Translations under genes and position numbers: made by a program | Part shown: positions 1 to 10,184 of the stretch, in pieces | Position numbering within the stretch: the stretch's first letter is position 1 | Layout: the number at the start of each line of letters is the position of its first letter | Notes under the pieces: generated by a model | Seen by the model: only the letters and a program-made list of their open reading frames with translations | What the model was told of the DNA's origin: nothing | Database searches by the model: none | Source of the DNA: an uncultured bacterium | GTDB taxonomy: Bacteria > Latescibacterota > MWCZ01 | DNA length: 64,000 bases | Direction: 5' to 3' | Assembly (NCBI GenBank): GCA_964510105.1 | Contig: CAZEAI010000001.1 | Span: forward strand, 74,693-138,692

Positions 1-1000
1 GGTTCTGAAGACGCTCGTGTACGGCTCTCTCTCGCGTCAGGCGCACATAGTTCAGACTGACGGCGCTCAGTTCCGGATGCTCGCGCTCGTACTCGTCGAG
101 TGCGGTTCGGAAGCTTTCCTCCTGAAATTCCTTTATCCGAAGCTCGGTTCGGGCTCGGCGGATGCGTTCAAGCACATCGGCATACTCTTTCGCCGGATGG
201 GCTCGACCGATTCGATCGATGGAAAGACTGTCGAGGGCCTGCTCGATGAGGTCTCCGGTCCGTACTGTCGCCTCCAGAGTCGCCTTGGCGGTCTGTCGCT
301 CCCTTCGAGCGTCGTAGTAACCAGCGACCAGCCGCGTATATTCTATGGGCAGGCCGTCGTCGGAGGCTTGCTCGCCGCTGAGCGCGAACAGGCTGTGATC
401 GCGCCGAAACTGCTGCAGATAGTCCTCGGTCCTCGTGAGGTTCTTTCGGGCTGAGTCGAGCTGCGAACCCGTAAACATGACCATCGCATCGGTTTCCTGC
501 TGCGCCACCTGGCGACACCGCTCGATGAACAGGTAGGTCGCTATGCTGTCCGCCGCGAATGCTATGTCCGGCGATGAAGCCTGAACGGAGATCGAGAAGT
601 ATCCGGCGTGGCTACCGGGAGATATGTCCAGCGACCCGGTGGCATCGCGTGCGAGATTCCGCGCTTGGACATCCGTCATGCCAAGCCTGCTCACGTATTC
701 GACGAGATCCACGCCGACCTGCTCCTGGAAGCTCCGGCTCTCGAATATGCCAAGATAAAACTGGAGCGGCCGAGGCGCGTTGGGTCGAGCCGCCCCGCTT
801 CCGAGCGAGACAACGGCCGGCCCCACGGTGTTCTGCGAGGACTCCAGGTAGATCGACGCCCATGAGAAGTAGCGCTGCGGCTGGCGTTGCACGACATACA
901 GCGTCGTGAGGAACACCGACACAAATACCACAACAATCAGCCACTTCTTGCGATAGACGATGTCTATGTAGTCGTGTAGACTCGCAGACTCATCATTCAT
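1..1000 (-). CDS. Polysaccharide chain-length determinant (Wzz/GumC-family) protein, N-terminal part; gene runs off the window start (C-terminus missing)
   Basis: Reverse-strand ORF open from the ATG at 1000-998 to position 1 with no stop; absent from the ORF track, presumably because it is open-ended. N-terminus MNDESASLHDYIDIVYRKKWLIVVVFVSVFLTTLYV matches the classic Wzz/GumC start (short cytoplasmic tail then TM helix), followed by a long coiled-coil-like periplasmic region. Sits in an EPS gene context. Confidence 0.6.
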   Translation of the reverse strand, partial: MNDESASLHDYIDIVYRKKWLIVVVFVSVFLTTLYVVQRQPQRYFSWASIYLESSQNTVGPAVVSLGSGAARPNAPRPLQFYLGIFESRSFQEQVGVDLVEYVSRLGMTDVQARNLARDATGSLDISPGSHAGYFSISVQASSPDIAFAADSIATYLFIERCRQVAQQETDAMVMFTGSQLDSARKNLTRTEDYLQQFRRDHSLFALSGEQASDDGLPIEYTRLVAGYYDARRERQTAKATLEATVRTGDLIEQALDSLSIDRIGRAHPAKEYADVLERIRRARTELRIKEFQEESFRTALDEYEREHPELSAVSLNYVRLTRERAVHERLQN

Positions 1001-1048
1001 CGGGCAAGGCCTCTCGTCACTTCAGACACAGGTTTCATCCAGCACTTC

Positions 1049-1972
1049 CTAACTCGCGGAGACCAGTCGCGCCAGCCCTTCATCGAACGGCACAAGCACC
1101 CTGTAGCCCAGCATCTCCTTCGCCTTGCCGATATCCGCGAGCGAGTGCTTCACATCGCCGGGGCGATCCTCCGCGTGCTCCGCCACGACATCTGTTCCGA
1201 GGGCTTCGTTCAGCACCGCGACTAGGTCATTCAGGGAGACCCGATCACCGCACGCGCAGTTGAAGACCTCACCGGCGGCACCCTCCGCGGTGCAGGCGAG
1301 GAGATTCGCGGACACGACGTTGTCCACGTACGTAAAATCCCGGGAATGCTCCCCATCGCCGTATATCGTCGGAGTCTCGCCGCGCTTCATCATCGCGAGG
1401 AACTTCGGGATGACGGCCGCGTAATCCGACTTCGGGTCCTGACGCGGCCCGAACACGTTGAAGTAGCGTAGCGCTACGGTCTCAAGCCCGAATGAATGCC
1501 AGAACGCCACGGCGTACTGTTCCGTCGCCAGCTTGGATACGGCGTAGGGAGATCGAGGAGCCGTCGGCATCGTTTCGACTTTCGGCAGCGTTGGTGAGTC
1601 GCCATACACCGAAGATGACGACGCAACAACAACGCGTTTCGCGCCGGCCCTCAGCGCCGCCCACAGCAGATTCAGCGTCCCATCCGTATTGCACGCGTTG
1701 CTCCGAACCGGGTCGCTGAGCGATCTCGGCACTGAAGGCAACGCCCCTTGATGAACCACATAGTCCACACCGGAGACTGCGCGCGCAACATCCGCGTCCG
1801 ACCGAAGATCGCCCTGGACCATGTCGATGTCGTCGAGCACGTGGGAGAGGTTTTCCATATTGCCGGTGGACAGATCGTCGAGCACCCGAACACCGTCGCC
1901 TCGCTCCACGAGGGCCGTAACGATGTGGGATCCGATGAATCCGGCGCCGCCGGTGACCAGGTACTCTGCCAT
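1049..1972 (-). CDS. NAD-dependent epimerase/dehydratase (UDP-sugar 4-epimerase-like, WbpP/Cap8N type)
   Basis: N-terminal Rossmann motif [11 protein letters not shown] and catalytic YAVSK (YxxxK) motif; the start was trimmed to MAEYLVTGG at 1972, because the track ORF (1049..2167) has a 65-aa junk extension. Confidence 0.8.
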   Translation of the reverse strand: MAEYLVTGGAGFIGSHIVTALVERGDGVRVLDDLSTGNMENLSHVLDDIDMVQGDLRSDADVARAVSGVDYVVHQGALPSVPRSLSDPVRSNACNTDGTLNLLWAALRAGAKRVVVASSSSVYGDSPTLPKVETMPTAPRSPYAVSKLATEQYAVAFWHSFGLETVALRYFNVFGPRQDPKSDYAAVIPKFLAMMKRGETPTIYGDGEHSRDFTYVDNVVSANLLACTAEGAAGEVFNCACGDRVSLNDLVAVLNEALGTDVVAEHAEDRPGDVKHSLADIGKAKEMLGYRVLVPFDEGLARLVSAS

Positions 1973-2061
1973 GGGGTCTCCATTTCGCGTTTTGTGATCG
2001 GTACAAATATACGGTGTGACGGTCCATTCGGCGAGTTCGACGCGATGCCGGCCGCGGGCTC

Positions 2062-2877
2062 TCAGATTATGCCGTTGAAAACAAGATGAGCGCCGAACCC
2101 CTTGATGCGTCCAGCCGCCATCTCGTCGAGGCCCCAACGTACGGCGGCGACATCGAGCGTCACCCACGTCGTCGGGTGGATCCGGGCTCCCAGGTTCACT
2201 GATCGCGAGTCATATTCGACGATGGTCGAGAGCCAACGCCGAACGGGGTATTCCAGACCAGCCAGCGGGCCGTCGATGACGTGGTTCGGCTCCCATTCGA
2301 CATCCTGAGTGCCGACATTCCGATCGTACCAGTCCACAGCCCACCCGACGGTAAAAGACAGCTCCCCCGCGCCATCGAGAGGGACCTTCCAGGTACACAC
2401 GGCGTAGGCCGCGTTGAAGATCATGAATCCGTATATGTCCTGCAGACCGACGGCGACAGACGGTATCCGACCACCGCCCCGCCATGCCACGAGTTGCGCG
2501 CTGATCATCCCGTCGGTGTAGTAGGGCCCGACATCCTCACTAGGTCCGGCCGTGCCCGGCATGCCGTTTCCCCGGACAGTTATCTCCAAGCGCGGCACGT
2601 ATCCAATCGTCAGATATCCAGAGAAGAACGACGACGGAAGATTGTTGTCGGCGAACCATGAAAATCCACGCGCGGGGAACGCATGGGCGTCGGTTATGAC
2701 GCCCCCGAACGCAAAGTGATCCGACGGGACCACCTCCGCCTCAGGGACGAAGAGCAGCCCTGTCGATCCCGTCAGAGACGTGGAAGCGCCGGCAGCGCCG
2801 CCAGCGGCCACCACCGCAAGCGCGGCGAGGAGAATCGGTCCACGACCGAGGCGCCACTGGCTCCCACCGCACGTCAC
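2062..2877 (-). CDS. Hypothetical secreted protein (signal-peptide-like N-terminus), in the EPS operon
   Basis: 271-aa ORF with a hydrophobic N-terminus (ILLAALAVVAAGGAAGA); 4-nt overlap with the upstream export gene suggests co-translation; no recognisable catalytic motif. Confidence 0.4.
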   Translation of the reverse strand: MTCGGSQWRLGRGPILLAALAVVAAGGAAGASTSLTGSTGLLFVPEAEVVPSDHFAFGGVITDAHAFPARGFSWFADNNLPSSFFSGYLTIGYVPRLEITVRGNGMPGTAGPSEDVGPYYTDGMISAQLVAWRGGGRIPSVAVGLQDIYGFMIFNAAYAVCTWKVPLDGAGELSFTVGWAVDWYDRNVGTQDVEWEPNHVIDGPLAGLEYPVRRWLSTIVEYDSRSVNLGARIHPTTWVTLDVAAVRWGLDEMAAGRIKGFGAHLVFNGII

Positions 2878-3788
2878 CTCCGCACCAGCTCCCGCACGGT
2901 AAGGAACTGGAGAACCAGCGTCAGTACCGTGGTAATGAGCTGGAGCGTGAGAACGCGGCGCTGTACGATGATGACGTCGCCCCGCCCGACGAGGGGAATC
3001 TCGTCCGTGCGCCCGGCACGCAGGAGGCCCGATATATCGAGCTTCTCCTCCACGACGCGGCCTTCGACCCGGCGCAGCCAGCGTACATCGGAGAGCGTGC
3101 CTTCCTCCGTCGTGCCCCCCGCCAGATAGATCATGTCCAGCACGGTCGCACCGTACGGCTGCACATACGATCCGCTACTGTTTACCTCTCCGAAGACCTT
3201 CACCTTCTCCGCATCCGGCGCGCCCTTGACGATCACGAGATCGCCCTCCTGCATCGTCACGAGGTCGGCGACGCGACCCTCATACAGGAACTTCTCGACG
3301 TTAAACGACAGATGTACGGGCGCTCCGACACCGACACGCTGAATCTGCACGCTCGTGAGGTCGGCGTTCTCTGTCGGCCCACCGGCGAGCCACAGCGCGC
3401 CCTGCAGGTCGATGCCATGCGGCACTTCGAGGAAGCCCGGACGGTTGATTTGCCCGAGGATACTGATGCGGATTGCGTAGTACTGCGCATCGTCGACGAT
3501 CACGTAGGGAGCGGTAGCTATCACACTCGCGAGCTGACGAGTGATCCTATCTTCAAGCTGCGAAAAGCGCCACCCGATGATGTACTGGTCGGATAGAAAA
3601 TCGTAGTGGATTCGGCCTTCCGGCGACACCACCACCACTCGACTGAATTCGTCATGGTTCACGACCGTGATCTGCAGCGCATCGCCGGCCTGGATGATGC
3701 GCTCAGCGGGCTGCGCGACGGTAACGGCCGCGAACACCAGTTGTGCCACGAGCGCCGCGATGCCGAACACATGGAAAGACCTATTCAT
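2874..3788 (-). CDS. Polysaccharide export protein, Wza-like (periplasmic, SLBB-type domains)
   Basis: Signal peptide MNRSFHVFGIAALVAQLVFAAVTVA, then repeated soluble-ligand-binding beta-grasp-like segments (GDxLxI, VxVxGEV) typical of Wza/KpsD exporters; ATG at 3788 chosen over the longer track ORF. Confidence 0.6.
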   Translation of the reverse strand: MNRSFHVFGIAALVAQLVFAAVTVAQPAERIIQAGDALQITVVNHDEFSRVVVVSPEGRIHYDFLSDQYIIGWRFSQLEDRITRQLASVIATAPYVIVDDAQYYAIRISILGQINRPGFLEVPHGIDLQGALWLAGGPTENADLTSVQIQRVGVGAPVHLSFNVEKFLYEGRVADLVTMQEGDLVIVKGAPDAEKVKVFGEVNSSGSYVQPYGATVLDMIYLAGGTTEEGTLSDVRWLRRVEGRVVEEKLDISGLLRAGRTDEIPLVGRGDVIIVQRRVLTLQLITTVLTLVLQFLTVRELVRR

Positions 3789-3810
3789 CCCGTCCCTCTG
3801 GCTGGGCATG

Positions 3811-4749
3811 TCATTTCGTCGCACCGCTACCCCTGAACCAGTCGATCGTCTTCTCAAGGCCCTCATCGAGTCCCACTTCCGGCTTCCAACCCAGCCGCGA
3901 CATGGCCTTGGAAATATCCGGCTGACGGACCTTCGGATCATCCGGCGGCAGAGGCCCGAAGGAGAGTTCTCCGCTGCTGCCGATGGCGGATGTGATAGCC
4001 TCGGCGAGCTGCCTGATGGTGTACTCCACCGGATTCCCGATGTTCACCGGCAGATGCTCGTCCGACTCCATGAGCGCCTGTATGCCACGGATCAGGTCAT
4101 CGACGTATTGGAAGCTTCGAGTCTGTGAGCCGTCGCCGAAAACCGTGATCGGCTCGTTCTTCAGCGCCTGCGAGATGAACGCGGGAATCGCCCTGCCATC
4201 GTCCGGACGCATGCGCGGACCGTACGTGTTGAAGATGCGCACGATTCGGGTGTCCACCCCGTGGTGGCGGTGATAGGCCATCGTCATCGCTTCGGCGAAT
4301 CGCTTCGCCTCGTCATAGACTCCGCGGATACCCACGGGATTGACATTTCCCCAGTAGGTCTCGGGCTGTGGATGGACAAGCGGGTCTCCGTAGGATTCGG
4401 AGGTCGACGCGAGCAGGAACCTGGCGCCGGTCGCCCTTGCGAGGCCCAAGGCTTTGTGCGTTCCGAGCGCGCCAACTTTCAGTATCTGGATCGGGATACG
4501 CTCAAAGTCTATCGGACTCGCCGGGCTCGCAAAGTGCAGGATGAAATCCACCGGCGGCGGAACGTGTATGTAGTCCGTCACATCGTGCTGGATGAATCGG
4601 AACCGATCATTGCCGAAATGGTGCTCGATGTTGGCAAGATTACCCGTGATCAGGTTGTCGAGGCACACAACATCGTCGCCACGCGCCAACAGTGCGTCGC
4701 AAAGATGAGAGCCTATGAATCCGGCCCCACCGGTGATCACAACACGCAT
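3811..4749 (-). CDS. uxs: UDP-glucuronate decarboxylase (UDP-xylose synthase) / ArnA-like SDR
   Basis: [15 protein letters not shown] Rossmann start, YDEAKR (YxxxK) motif, and high overall similarity by eye to the UXS family ([30 protein letters not shown]). Confidence 0.8.
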   Translation of the reverse strand: MRVVITGGAGFIGSHLCDALLARGDDVVCLDNLITGNLANIEHHFGNDRFRFIQHDVTDYIHVPPPVDFILHFASPASPIDFERIPIQILKVGALGTHKALGLARATGARFLLASTSESYGDPLVHPQPETYWGNVNPVGIRGVYDEAKRFAEAMTMAYHRHHGVDTRIVRIFNTYGPRMRPDDGRAIPAFISQALKNEPITVFGDGSQTRSFQYVDDLIRGIQALMESDEHLPVNIGNPVEYTIRQLAEAITSAIGSSGELSFGPLPPDDPKVRQPDISKAMSRLGWKPEVGLDEGLEKTIDWFRGSGATK

Positions 4750-4835
4750 CGCGCACCTCGGTGCTTGGGTGTGGCTACAGCCGCGAACTCTTCAAGGTAG
4801 GCCCTGTGGTCTGAGCCGTCAAGAACGCCCGTGGA

Positions 4836-5621
4836 TTGGCAACGTCAGTTGAGTGTGCACCGAGCATGGCGTATCTTCAGCGAGTGCCATTCTCGACCAC
4901 CCCGGGACATCCCAACGTGAAGCGTTATCCGACCACGCCGAGCATATTGCTGCTACTGGTCGTCGTCACGACGGCGAACGCGTCGGATGGCGCCAAATAC
5001 GGCGTCGGGCTCAACGCGATGTCCCGTTACGTAGACCGTGATACTAAACGTGCCGGAGCGTCGGTGCAACCGTCTGCGTGGGTTGAGCTTCCGGCTGCTG
5101 GGACCCTTGCGAGCGCGTGGACCTCGTGGAGTGTCGAAAACCTGCGCTTCGACGAGGCGGCGGTTGACCTGAGAATCGGACGCCGGTTCGCCGATGTCAC
5201 GTGGTTCGGCGTCGCAAGCCGCGGCAGGTTGCTCAGGCTGACGCGTCAGGATTCCGCGATTGTGGAGTTCGGCTTCCACTTCACCTGGTTCAACCCTCCA
5301 TACAGACCAACCGCTGTGTTGGCGTATGACCTCGCCGGCGGACGCGGATGGCAGGCGCTCATCAGCATCCCCTACACGGTGCGGCTGGCATTCTTCCCGC
5401 CGACGACGTTCATACCCGAGGTCGGGTTTCGAGTGCAGATACTCGAAGACAATCGCTTCCGAGCCCCCTACCTGTCCTTCACCGCGCTCATCGAGAAACG
5501 ATGGGGGAACCTCGCCATCGTGCCACTGATCTCGGTGATCCCCGTCGCCATCGATGACGAGAACTCCAGGTACGGCGGCTGGCTGGTCTGGGGTGGGCTG
5601 CATCTGGGGTTCGCCCCGTGA
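4836..5621 (+). CDS. Hypothetical exported or outer-membrane protein (start uncertain; alternative GTG at 4917 precedes a signal-like ILLLLVVVTTANA)
   Basis: Aromatic-rich, alternating-hydrophobicity C-terminal half (WLVWGGLHLGF) suggests a beta-barrel or OM protein; 4-nt overlap with the next gene. Confidence 0.4.
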   Translation: MATSVECAPSMAYLQRVPFSTTPGHPNVKRYPTTPSILLLLVVVTTANASDGAKYGVGLNAMSRYVDRDTKRAGASVQPSAWVELPAAGTLASAWTSWSVENLRFDEAAVDLRIGRRFADVTWFGVASRGRLLRLTRQDSAIVEFGFHFTWFNPPYRPTAVLAYDLAGGRGWQALISIPYTVRLAFFPPTTFIPEVGFRVQILEDNRFRAPYLSFTALIEKRWGNLAIVPLISVIPVAIDDENSRYGGWLVWGGLHLGFAP

Positions 5622-6400
5622 CGTTCGTGCGATACTATCCGCGCTGGGCGGCGATCCTGGCGGCGACAGCTCTCTCCGGCTGCGCACCACTCGGGCCGCT
5701 TCCTGTCGTTGCCCCGCCGGAGCTTGTCGCGGGCGTCATGTCGACGCCCAGCGCGGAAACCGTGCAAGCGAGCGGCAGCATCCAGATCATGTCGCCGGAG
5801 GGTTTCTACAATGCGGGCCTGGTCATGTCCTACCGCGCACCCGATTCGCTGCGGGCCCTCGTGCAGGTCGGATTCGGGACGACTGTCGCCGAACTCGCGC
5901 TGACCGGGCCAACCGGCGTCGCCTACCTGCCCCAAACCCGTGAGGCATACCTGCTCGACGCCGAGAGCGCGCTGATGATCGGCACATCCGTCGTCTATCC
6001 GGCGCTGCTCCTGCGCCTCATGGAGCCGGTCTCGGCGGACGACCTCACCGGCGATACGCTGAGGGTCATGTCGAGCGGGGGCAGCTACTACCTTCGAGAC
6101 GAAGCGCCGGACGGAGTCCGCACGTGGAAGATCAGCGGTCGCGGCCGTGACCTCGAGGGAGAGGATTTCACCGCCACCGGGTCAACCATCGAGTGGCACC
6201 GTTCCTTTACGACTCAGCGCGCCCGCCGTGTGCCGAGCCTCCTTACCGTGACGTTCGGCGAATCCACAATGACCGTGCATCTGAACCGAATCAACATCGC
6301 CCCCCACTGGAACACCACTCCGTTCGTCGTGCGACTACCGGACGGACTCGTACCGATAGACCTGAGTACCCGTTCCCGGAAAGCGGACGAGCACAACTGA
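5618..6400 (+). CDS. Hypothetical lipoprotein
   Basis: Lipobox-like signal MTFVRYYPRWAAILAATALSGC; ATGA overlap with the upstream gene. Confidence 0.5.
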   Translation: MTFVRYYPRWAAILAATALSGCAPLGPLPVVAPPELVAGVMSTPSAETVQASGSIQIMSPEGFYNAGLVMSYRAPDSLRALVQVGFGTTVAELALTGPTGVAYLPQTREAYLLDAESALMIGTSVVYPALLLRLMEPVSADDLTGDTLRVMSSGGSYYLRDEAPDGVRTWKISGRGRDLEGEDFTATGSTIEWHRSFTTQRARRVPSLLTVTFGESTMTVHLNRINIAPHWNTTPFVVRLPDGLVPIDLSTRSRKADEHN

Positions 6401-6430
6401 CTCGCGCACCCGAATCGCGGAGATAGCGGC

Positions 6431-8429
6431 ATGCCCCAGCGTACGAAGCGATACATCACCGCGGACGATCTGTACAGATTCGAAGTCGTCACAGACTGCC
6501 GAGTATCCCCCGGTGGTGAGCATGTTGCGTACGCTGTGAAGCGGACGGACCGCGAGACGGAGAAGCGATTCTCCAACATCTGGGTCGCTCCGACGCGCGG
6601 CGGACGCTCGCGTCAGTTCACACGCGGCGACAACTCCGACGATTCGCCGCGATGGTCTCCCGACGGCACTCAGATCGCCTTCACCTCCACGCGCAACCAG
6701 GACAAGGCGCAGCTATTCGTCATCCCATTCGACGGCGGCGAGGCACGGCAGGTCACGGACATGCGCGGCGAATTCGGCGAGATCACCTGGACGCCGGAGG
6801 GCGCATCGGTCATCTGCCTGTTCCGCAAACAGGACGAAAGCGAACGCGAAGCTCGGCATCGTCGACCGGCACTACACTCGGACCTTCTTCAAGATGGACG
6901 GCGAAGGCTACCGCCCGGACGAGCGCATGCACGTGTGGAAGATCGACGTCGGTTCCGGGCGGGCGAAGCAGATCACCGACGGCGATTTCGACACGGAAAG
7001 CTTCGCGGTCTCTCCCGACGGGCACATGATCGCGTTCATCTCGAATCGCACGCCGGAGCCGGATCTGCATTTAGAGCAGGTCGATCTCTGGACCGTATCC
7101 GTCACCGGCGGGGAGCCCCGTCTCATCCCGACACCAGTTGGGGAGATCGGCTATCCGTCCTTCTCGCCGGACGGAGCGTTCATCGCCTATACCGGCGTCG
7201 AGGGAATCGGCGCGTGGGGCCGGAACGAACGCCTGTATATCGTTCCTACGGAAGGCGATACGCCGCGTGTCGACCTCACCGGCGAGTACGATGTCAACGT
7301 CTCGGCGTGGACGCTGGACGACGTGGTGGGAGCCCGACAGATGCCCCCGACGTGGTCTCCGAACGGCAAGCGTATCTACTTCCAGACGGCCCACCACGGC
7401 AACACCGAACTCCGGTCCGTCAAGTCAGACGGCTCGGACATGCGAATCGAACTGGCTGGACCCGGCGCCGTCGGGCCGTACTCGTTCGATGCTCGTCACG
7501 CGCAGGTTGCCCACCGCCTGTCGGATCGCTCCGGTCCCGGACAGGTCTGGACCAGAAACCTGCGCACGGGTGCGTCGCGCAAACTAACGCGCCTGAACGA
7601 GCAGTGGATGGCCCGTATCCAACTCGGATCGGTCGAAGACGTGTGGTTCACCAGCGCCGACGGCGAGGCGGAGGTACAGGGCTGGATACTGCATCCACCG
7701 GGATTCGATCCGTCGAAGCGATACCCGTCTGTGTTGGAGATACACGGCGGTCCCCATCTGCAGTACGGAAACACGTTCGTACACGAATTCGAGGTGTTCG
7801 CCGCGAACGGCTACGTTGTCTTCTACTGCAATCCGCGCGGTAGCCAAGGCTACGGGCAACGCCACGCCCGGGCGATCGAAAACGACTGGGGAGGCTGCGA
7901 CTACGACGACGTGATGCAGTGGGCGGAGATCGTCGCGGAACGGCCGTATATCGACCCGAAGCGCATGGGAGTTACCGGCGGCAGCTACGGCGGGTTCATG
8001 ACGAACTGGATCATCGGCCACACGAACCGGTTCGCCGCCGCCGTGACTCAGCGTAGCGTGAGCAATCTCATCAGCATGTATGGTTCCAGCGACTTGAACT
8101 GGGCCTTCCAGCGCGAATTCGGCGACAAGCCGCCTTGGGAGGACGTCGACAACTACTGGCGACAGTCGCCGATGGCATACATCGGCAACGCGACGACGCC
8201 CACGCTCGTCATCCACAGCGAGCGCGATTTCCGCTGTGATATCGAGCAGGGCGAACAGGTCTACGTCGCGCTGAAGCGACTCGGCGTCGATACGGAATTC
8301 GTGCGCTTCCCGGAGGAATCGCACGGACTCTCCCGCGGCGGGCGAACGGACCGGCGCATCGCGCGACTCGGTCACATGCTGCGCTGGTTCGACCGGTACC
8401 TGTTGCCCACGGATGAATCCGCTTCGTAG
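6431..8429 (+). CDS. S9 family serine peptidase (acylaminoacyl-peptidase / prolyl-oligopeptidase-like) with an apparent +1 frameshift near 6845-6850
   Basis: ORF 6431.. encodes a genuine N-terminal beta-propeller (PRWSPDGTQIAF, FVIPFDGGEARQVT) for about 140 aa and then degenerates into Arg-rich junk. ORF 6894..8429 in the next frame carries the rest (KLGIVDRHYTRTFFKMDGEGY just upstream of its first Met; catalytic GGSYGG nucleophile elbow; C-terminal Asp/His region). Joined length of about 660 aa fits S9C. Confidence 0.75.
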
Positions 8430-8471
8430 TACCATTGTGCGGAGGCGTCCGTTTGCCGATGTTAGCTTTCA

Positions 8472-8801
8472 GTGCAACACGTCTCGGAGGGATTCATGGA
8501 AGGCGCGATGGCAGTCGTGACGCGATACGTCGACGAATTCAGCGCGGCGCTGCGGGAGGATCCGCTCAAGGCGGCGGGGCTGGCCGCACTTGGGCTGATC
8601 GCGCTCGTACTGCTCGCGAAGACGCTGCGTCTCGCATGGAGACTGCGCTGGCTGCTGGCTGTGCTCGGAGCAGTGGGCGGTGTCGGTTACCTCGTCTACG
8701 CAAAACGCGCTCGTAACGCGGAGCAGGAGATGCTTGCCGCGTTCGACGACCCGGAACCGACGAGCGTGGCGTCAGGCGACGTCGCGGACCCTCAAGACTA
8801 G
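8472..8801 (+). CDS. Small hypothetical membrane protein (paralog A)
   Basis: 109 aa with one or two TM segments (LAALGLIALVLLAKTLRLAWRLRWLLAVLGAVGGVGYLVY); shares an LxWRLRW-TM motif with the next ORF. Confidence 0.4.
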   Translation: MQHVSEGFMEGAMAVVTRYVDEFSAALREDPLKAAGLAALGLIALVLLAKTLRLAWRLRWLLAVLGAVGGVGYLVYAKRARNAEQEMLAAFDDPEPTSVASGDVADPQD

Positions 8802-8833
8802 GCGCGAGCAGAGCGTGTATCCGGAGAAGTGAG

Positions 8834-9061
8834 ATGGCGCGAGAGGTAAACCTGGCATTCGACGCAGACAGCGCGGCGCGGCTTGTGAAGAAGGCGGCAG
8901 ACGACCCGAAGTCGGTCCTGACAGTGACCGCCGGAGTTGGCGCGGTCTACGTGGCGTATCGGATTCTCCGCGCCGTCGTGCCGCTGCTCTGGCGGCTCCG
9001 ATGGGCTCTGGTCGCTGCCGGTGTCGCTGCTGGAGCGATAGGCCTGTCCAACCGCAAGTAG
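8834..9061 (+). CDS. Small hypothetical membrane protein (paralog B)
   Basis: 75 aa; VPLLWRLRWALVAAGVAAGAIGL mirrors the previous ORF; tandem duplication. Confidence 0.4.
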   Translation: MAREVNLAFDADSAARLVKKAADDPKSVLTVTAGVGAVYVAYRILRAVVPLLWRLRWALVAAGVAAGAIGLSNRK

Positions 9062-9071
9062 GTATCCTCAA

Positions 9072-10184
9072 TCAGGTCGCGTCGCCGTCGGTGTACATCC
9101 GGCGGACACGCGGAAGCAACCGTGTCGTCACCTCGTAGCTGATGGTCCCGGTCCACGCAGCCCATTCCTCAGCGGTGATGCAGTCACCGCCTTGCGCCCC
9201 GATGAGTGCCACCGAATCCCCGACTTCGACGCCATCTACGGACGTGACATCCACGGTCGTCTGATCCATGCTGATCCGTCCGACGATGGGCACTCGTCGC
9301 CCGCGAATGAGCACGCATCCGCGGCCTCCCGCGGCGCGTGGCAGGCCGTCGCCATACCCGATGGGCAGCGTCGCGACGCGCGTCGGCGCTGACGCGACAA
9401 ACGTCCGGCCGTAGCCGACGGAATCTCCGGCGGCATGGTCGTGCAGAGCGGCGACCTCCGTCGATAGCGTCAGCACGGGGCGCAGCTCCACCGGATCGTC
9501 TGGAGCGGGCTGCATGCCGTACAGGGCGAGCCCCGGTCGCACCATGTCGGCATGCGACTCCGGCAGGCGGAAGATCGCCGCGCTGTTGGCGGCGTGCCGC
9601 GGCGGTACCGGTATGCCGTCTCCGCGCCATCCCACCGTGAGACGGTCGAATCGCTCCCATTGGCCGCGCGTGTAGTCGAGGTCGGAATCGGCGACCGGGA
9701 AGTGCGTCATGACGCCCGTCCAGTGCACGTCCGAGGCGGCGACTGTCGCTTGCGCGAGTTCCCGCGCGTGCTGCGGGTTCGCGCCGAACCGGCCCATGCC
9801 CGTATCCACCGCGAGATGCACCGAGGGCTGCGTTCCGAGATCAGCCCCGGCATCCACGACGGAGCGGAGCCGTTCTTCGGAATCGACGAGTATCTCCACT
9901 CCGAGGCGGACCAGATATCCTGTATTGCCCAGCAGCTCCGGCGCGAGCATCACGAGCCGGGAGCGGATGCCGGCGTCGCGCAGGGCCACCGCCTCATCGA
10001 GCCGGGCGATTCCCAGCGCATCGACTCCCGCGTCCGCAAGTGTCCGGGCGCACTCGACGAGTCCATGTCCGTACGCGTTCGCTTTCACGCACGCGATGAC
10101 CTGCGTGCCGGCCACAATGGCGCCCCTGACCGCATCCAGATTCCATCGCAGGGCGCCGAGGTCGATGCGGGCCGCCGCACCCAT
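9072..10184 (-). CDS. alr: Alanine racemase
   Basis: PLP-binding VKANAYGHG motif near the N-terminus and full-length similarity by eye to Alr. Confidence 0.9.
   Translation of the reverse strand: MGAAARIDLGALRWNLDAVRGAIVAGTQVIACVKANAYGHGLVECARTLADAGVDALGIARLDEAVALRDAGIRSRLVMLAPELLGNTGYLVRLGVEILVDSEERLRSVVDAGADLGTQPSVHLAVDTGMGRFGANPQHARELAQATVAASDVHWTGVMTHFPVADSDLDYTRGQWERFDRLTVGWRGDGIPVPPRHAANSAAIFRLPESHADMVRPGLALYGMQPAPDDPVELRPVLTLSTEVAALHDHAAGDSVGYGRTFVASAPTRVATLPIGYGDGLPRAAGGRGCVLIRGRRVPIVGRISMDQTTVDVTSVDGVEVGDSVALIGAQGGDCITAEEWAAWTGTISYEVTTRLLPRVRRMYTDGDAT

Noticed and set aside
6431-7843. Treating the 470-aa ORF as an intact protein
   Set aside because: Only the first 140 aa or so look like real protein; the remainder is Arg-rich and overlaps the genuine peptidase frame, so it is the by-product of the frameshift.
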